A stretch of 64,000 bases of DNA from Myxococcota bacterium (lineage in GTDB: Bacteria; Myxococcota_A; UBA796; CAJQPC01): positions 160,001-224,000 of the forward strand of contig JAZAMN010000071.1 in NCBI GenBank assembly GCA_036229005.1. The letters run 5' to 3'. Numbering within the stretch: the stretch's first letter is position 1; each line of letters opens with the position of its first letter. Below the pieces are notes generated by a model, which saw only the letters and a list, made by a program, of their open reading frames with translations, ran no database searches and was not told where the DNA came from. Shown one piece after another: positions 61,308 to 64,000 of this stretch. The position numbers were made by a program, and so were the translations under genes.

Positions 61308-64000
61308 TCAGAAGCTGTACTCGATGCCGACCTGAACCTCAACGGGGTTCTGGCGGCTGGTGATGACCCAACGGTTCTGTGCGTAGAGGAAGGAGCCGCT
61401 GACGCTGTCGGGGTTTCGGGCGTTGATGGCGTTCTCCAGGATGAGGAAGCCGGTCATCTGGCCACGGGGGACGTCGAAGTCCTGGGTGAGCTGGATGCTC
61501 GCGTAGTACAGCGGCTTGGTGCGCGCGTAGGTGCCCAGGTCGGACTTGAGGATGGAGGAGCTGCCGTAGCCCGCGCCGTAGTAGTAGCGGGAGATGGGGG
61601 AGCCCGAGAAGTACTGCAGGTTCACACCCAGGGAGGTGGTCCAGGGGTCGTTGGCGAACTCGTAGGCAGCGAAGCCCTTGACCTGGTGCCGGATGTCCGT
61701 GGGCAGGTTGCCGTAGGCGTAGGCGGACTGGCTGGGCACTGCCAGACCGGAGCCGCTGCCACCGAGGACGGTGCCCATGGAGCGCACGTAGGAGTAGGTC
61801 ACCGAGGCGAGCCAGCGGTTGGACCAGTTCTTCCGGGCCTGGACGTCGGTCTGGTAGTAGTCGCGACGGGACACGGAGGGGGTGCGCAGGCGGAAGAGGC
61901 TCTCGACCTCACCGTTGCTGGTGCCGACGTAGCCGAAGCCGTCCTCGTCCCAGATCACGTTGGTCTCGTCAAAGACGTACTGGTTCCGGGTGAACTTGGC
62001 GGCGAAGTTGGCAGCGATGACGATGTCATCGATGATCTGACGCTCGGCCACCAGGGAGAACTCATCGGAGTGCGGGGCCGTCAGGCGGTCGTGCACGGTG
62101 TTGAGGTTCTCGTTGGGGGTCAGGCTGTAGTTGTCGGAGGAGGCGTTGGTGTACCCGGAGAAGAACTCACCCAGGTAGAGCTTGTCGCCAAAGCCAGCGG
62201 AGTTCAGGCTGTTGGCGATGCCCAGGTTGCCGATGCCGTTGAAGCGGCCGTAGCCACCACCGATCTTGGTGCGGTCGTCGCCGAAGGGGTCCCACGCAGC
62301 GTAGAGGCGGGGGCCCCAGACGCCGAAGTTGACCACCGCCACGTTCTGGTCGGAGCGCTGGACGGAGCGGTCGTAGCGCACACCAAAGCGGAAGGTCAGG
62401 TTGTCCACGGGCTTGTAGACGTCCTGCACGAAGCCACCGAAGGCCTCACCGGACTGCGCGTAGGTCAGCGCACCGGTGGTCTCCAGCCAGTAGTAGTTCT
62501 GGAAGGTGGTGGGATCGTAGGTGACCTCGTTGAGGTCGACGTAGAGGATGTTGCCGGCGTAGCCGTAGGTGCGCTCGGTCGACAGCCGGTTGAACTCGAC
62601 GCCGGCCTTGAAGTCGTGGGTACCGGGCAGGAAGGGGACGGTCCGCTGGAGCAGGCTCACCTTCGAGTTCACGGTGTACCGGAAGCGATCGTCGAACTGG
62701 TAGAAGGGGTAGTTCTCGGAGCTGTAGGCGTTGAACGAGCCCTGACGACCGGGGGTCAGGATGTCCAGGGAGCCCTCGGTCTCGTTGGGCTCGCAGGCGT
62801 GGTAGCCCAGCTTGGCGTTGTGGGTACAGGGCACCGCAGAGGTCTCGATGTAGGACTTCTGCATGGTGGCCTTGGTCTCGACGAACACCTCGGGGCTGAT
62901 GAACCAGTCCCACTGCAGCGAGGTGACCAGACCACCCTGGACCTGGCGACCCTGCGCCTCGGGGAGGATGAAGCGGTCGCTCTGGACCGTGTTGTCGATG
63001 GTGGTCGGGTCGGCCTGCGCCAGCACCGTGAAGCGGTGGGCTGCGGTGGGCTGCGCGGTCAACTTGGCCATCACGTAGTGGCCTTCGTAGTCGCGGGGCA
63101 GGTCGATGCCGACGTTGGAGATCTGGGAGCGCGCGGTCTGGTAGCTGATGATGAACCAGGCCTTGTCACGGATGATGGGGCCGGAGACCTTGCCGGAGAT
63201 CCGGTAGGTGCTGAACTGGCTGTCGAAGTCCGTGGGGGCGAGCTGCACACCGTCGGCGGTGTAGCGGGCGTCCGACTTGGGCGCCCAGTTGCCGTTGGAG
63301 TAGAAGACGTTGGACTGGAACTCCAGCGTGTTGCCGCCGGTCTCCGTCACGATGTTGATGATGCCGCCGAGGTTGTTCGGGTGCTCGGCGTCGAAGGCGC
63401 CGGTGATGACCTCGAGCTGCTCGATGGCGTCAAAGTTGAAGTTCAGCGAGAAGGTACCGGTGACCGGGTCGGTGATGTTCACACCGTCGATCATGTAGGT
63501 GTTCTCGTTGGACGCGCCGCCCGCCATGTTGGCGTTTCCGGTGCCGACGACGCCCGGCGCGGACTGCACCGCGGTCAGGTAGTCACGGCCGGTGGGCACG
63601 CGATCCAGGAACTCCTTGGTCATGACCGTGGTCCGCTGGGTCTGCTCCGTATCGATCGCCGGCCGCTCGTCGGTGACCACCATGACCTCGGAGGCCTCTT
63701 GGTAGGTCATCTCGATGGTCAGCGGCACGGTCCGGCCGATCAGCACCTGGATGTCGTTGTACTGGATGGTGCCGAAGCCCGCGAACTCGGCGCGCACCGA
63801 GTAGAGGCCGGGGGGCAGCTTCGAGAAGAGGAAGCGCCCCTGGGCGTCCGAGTTCTGCTGCTGAGCACCACCGATCAACGCCGGCGACTCGATGGTCACG
63901 AGCACGCCAGGGATGGCGAGGCCGCCATCGTCGATGGTCGTGCCCTTGATGGTGCCGGTGGTCTGGGCGTGTGCCTCTGCGCTCGTGAACATGAGCGCGA
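61308..64000 (-). CDS. Oar-like TonB-dependent receptor with N-terminal carboxypeptidase-regulatory domain (5' end outside the window)
   Basis: AQTTGTIKG..PGVLVTIESPAL, YMIDGVNITD, GAFDAE..GGIINIVT..GGN, barrel ending GIEYSF; frame open to the window edge. Confidence 0.9.
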   Translation of the reverse strand, partial: ALMFTSAEAHAQTTGTIKGTTIDDGGLAIPGVLVTIESPALIGGAQQQNSDAQGRFLFSKLPPGLYSVRAEFAGFGTIQYNDIQVLIGRTVPLTIEMTYQEASEVMVVTDERPAIDTEQTQRTTVMTKEFLDRVPTGRDYLTAVQSAPGVVGTGNANMAGGASNENTYMIDGVNITDPVTGTFSLNFNFDAIEQLEVITGAFDAEHPNNLGGIINIVTETGGNTLEFQSNVFYSNGNWAPKSDARYTADGVQLAPTDFDSQFSTYRISGKVSGPIIRDKAWFIISYQTARSQISNVGIDLPRDYEGHYVMAKLTAQPTAAHRFTVLAQADPTTIDNTVQSDRFILPEAQGRQVQGGLVTSLQWDWFISPEVFVETKATMQKSYIETSAVPCTHNAKLGYHACEPNETEGSLDILTPGRQGSFNAYSSENYPFYQFDDRFRYTVNSKVSLLQRTVPFLPGTHDFKAGVEFNRLSTERTYGYAGNILYVDLNEVTYDPTTFQNYYWLETTGALTYAQSGEAFGGFVQDVYKPVDNLTFRFGVRYDRSVQRSDQNVAVVNFGVWGPRLYAAWDPFGDDRTKIGGGYGRFNGIGNLGIANSLNSAGFGDKLYLGEFFSGYTNASSDNYSLTPNENLNTVHDRLTAPHSDEFSLVAERQIIDDIVIAANFAAKFTRNQYVFDETNVIWDEDGFGYVGTSNGEVESLFRLRTPSVSRRDYYQTDVQARKNWSNRWLASVTYSYVRSMGTVLGGSGSGLAVPSQSAYAYGNLPTDIRHQVKGFAAYEFANDPWTTSLGVNLQYFSGSPISRYYYGAGYGSSSILKSDLGTYARTKPLYYASIQLTQDFDVPRGQMTGFLILENAINARNPDSVSGSFLYAQNRWVITSRQNPVEVQVGIEYSF

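Noticed and set aside
1..64000. tRNA/rRNA genes, integrase, transposase or prophage
   Set aside because: None recognised by eye; tRNAscan-SE/Infernal and ISEScan were not run, so small RNAs could be missed.

Overview
High-GC (roughly 70% by eye), densely coding bacterial chromosomal segment. Its gene content (several Ser/Thr kinases and pseudokinases, an FHA protein, a PP2C phosphatase, a MopE-repeat/FG-GAP surface lipoprotein, an Oar-like TonB-dependent receptor) is typical of Myxococcota; the taxonomy is an inference. Housekeeping genes (ubiE/menG, polyprenyl synthase, trpF, pheT, bolA, aspS, tgt, a tRNA nucleotidyltransferase) are interspersed with many hypothetical lipoproteins and signalling genes. 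I found no rRNA, tRNA, CRISPR array or transposase. Main items worth follow-up: (1) a ~1.9-kb non-coding island (37.7-39.6 kb) made of three families of highly structured repeats with compensatory base changes between copies; (2) about 13 predicted lipoproteins with ultrashort (8-12 aa), uncharged signal peptides; (3) a coupled gene run encoding a PP-loop/CxxC enzyme, a kinase-TPR protein carrying a nested in-frame gene with its own RBS, and a minimal cytoplasmic subtilase; (4) a tandem-duplicated tetra-heme DHOR lipoprotein; (5) a probable CC-adding-type tRNA nucleotidyltransferase expressed from a symmetric bidirectional leaderless promoter.
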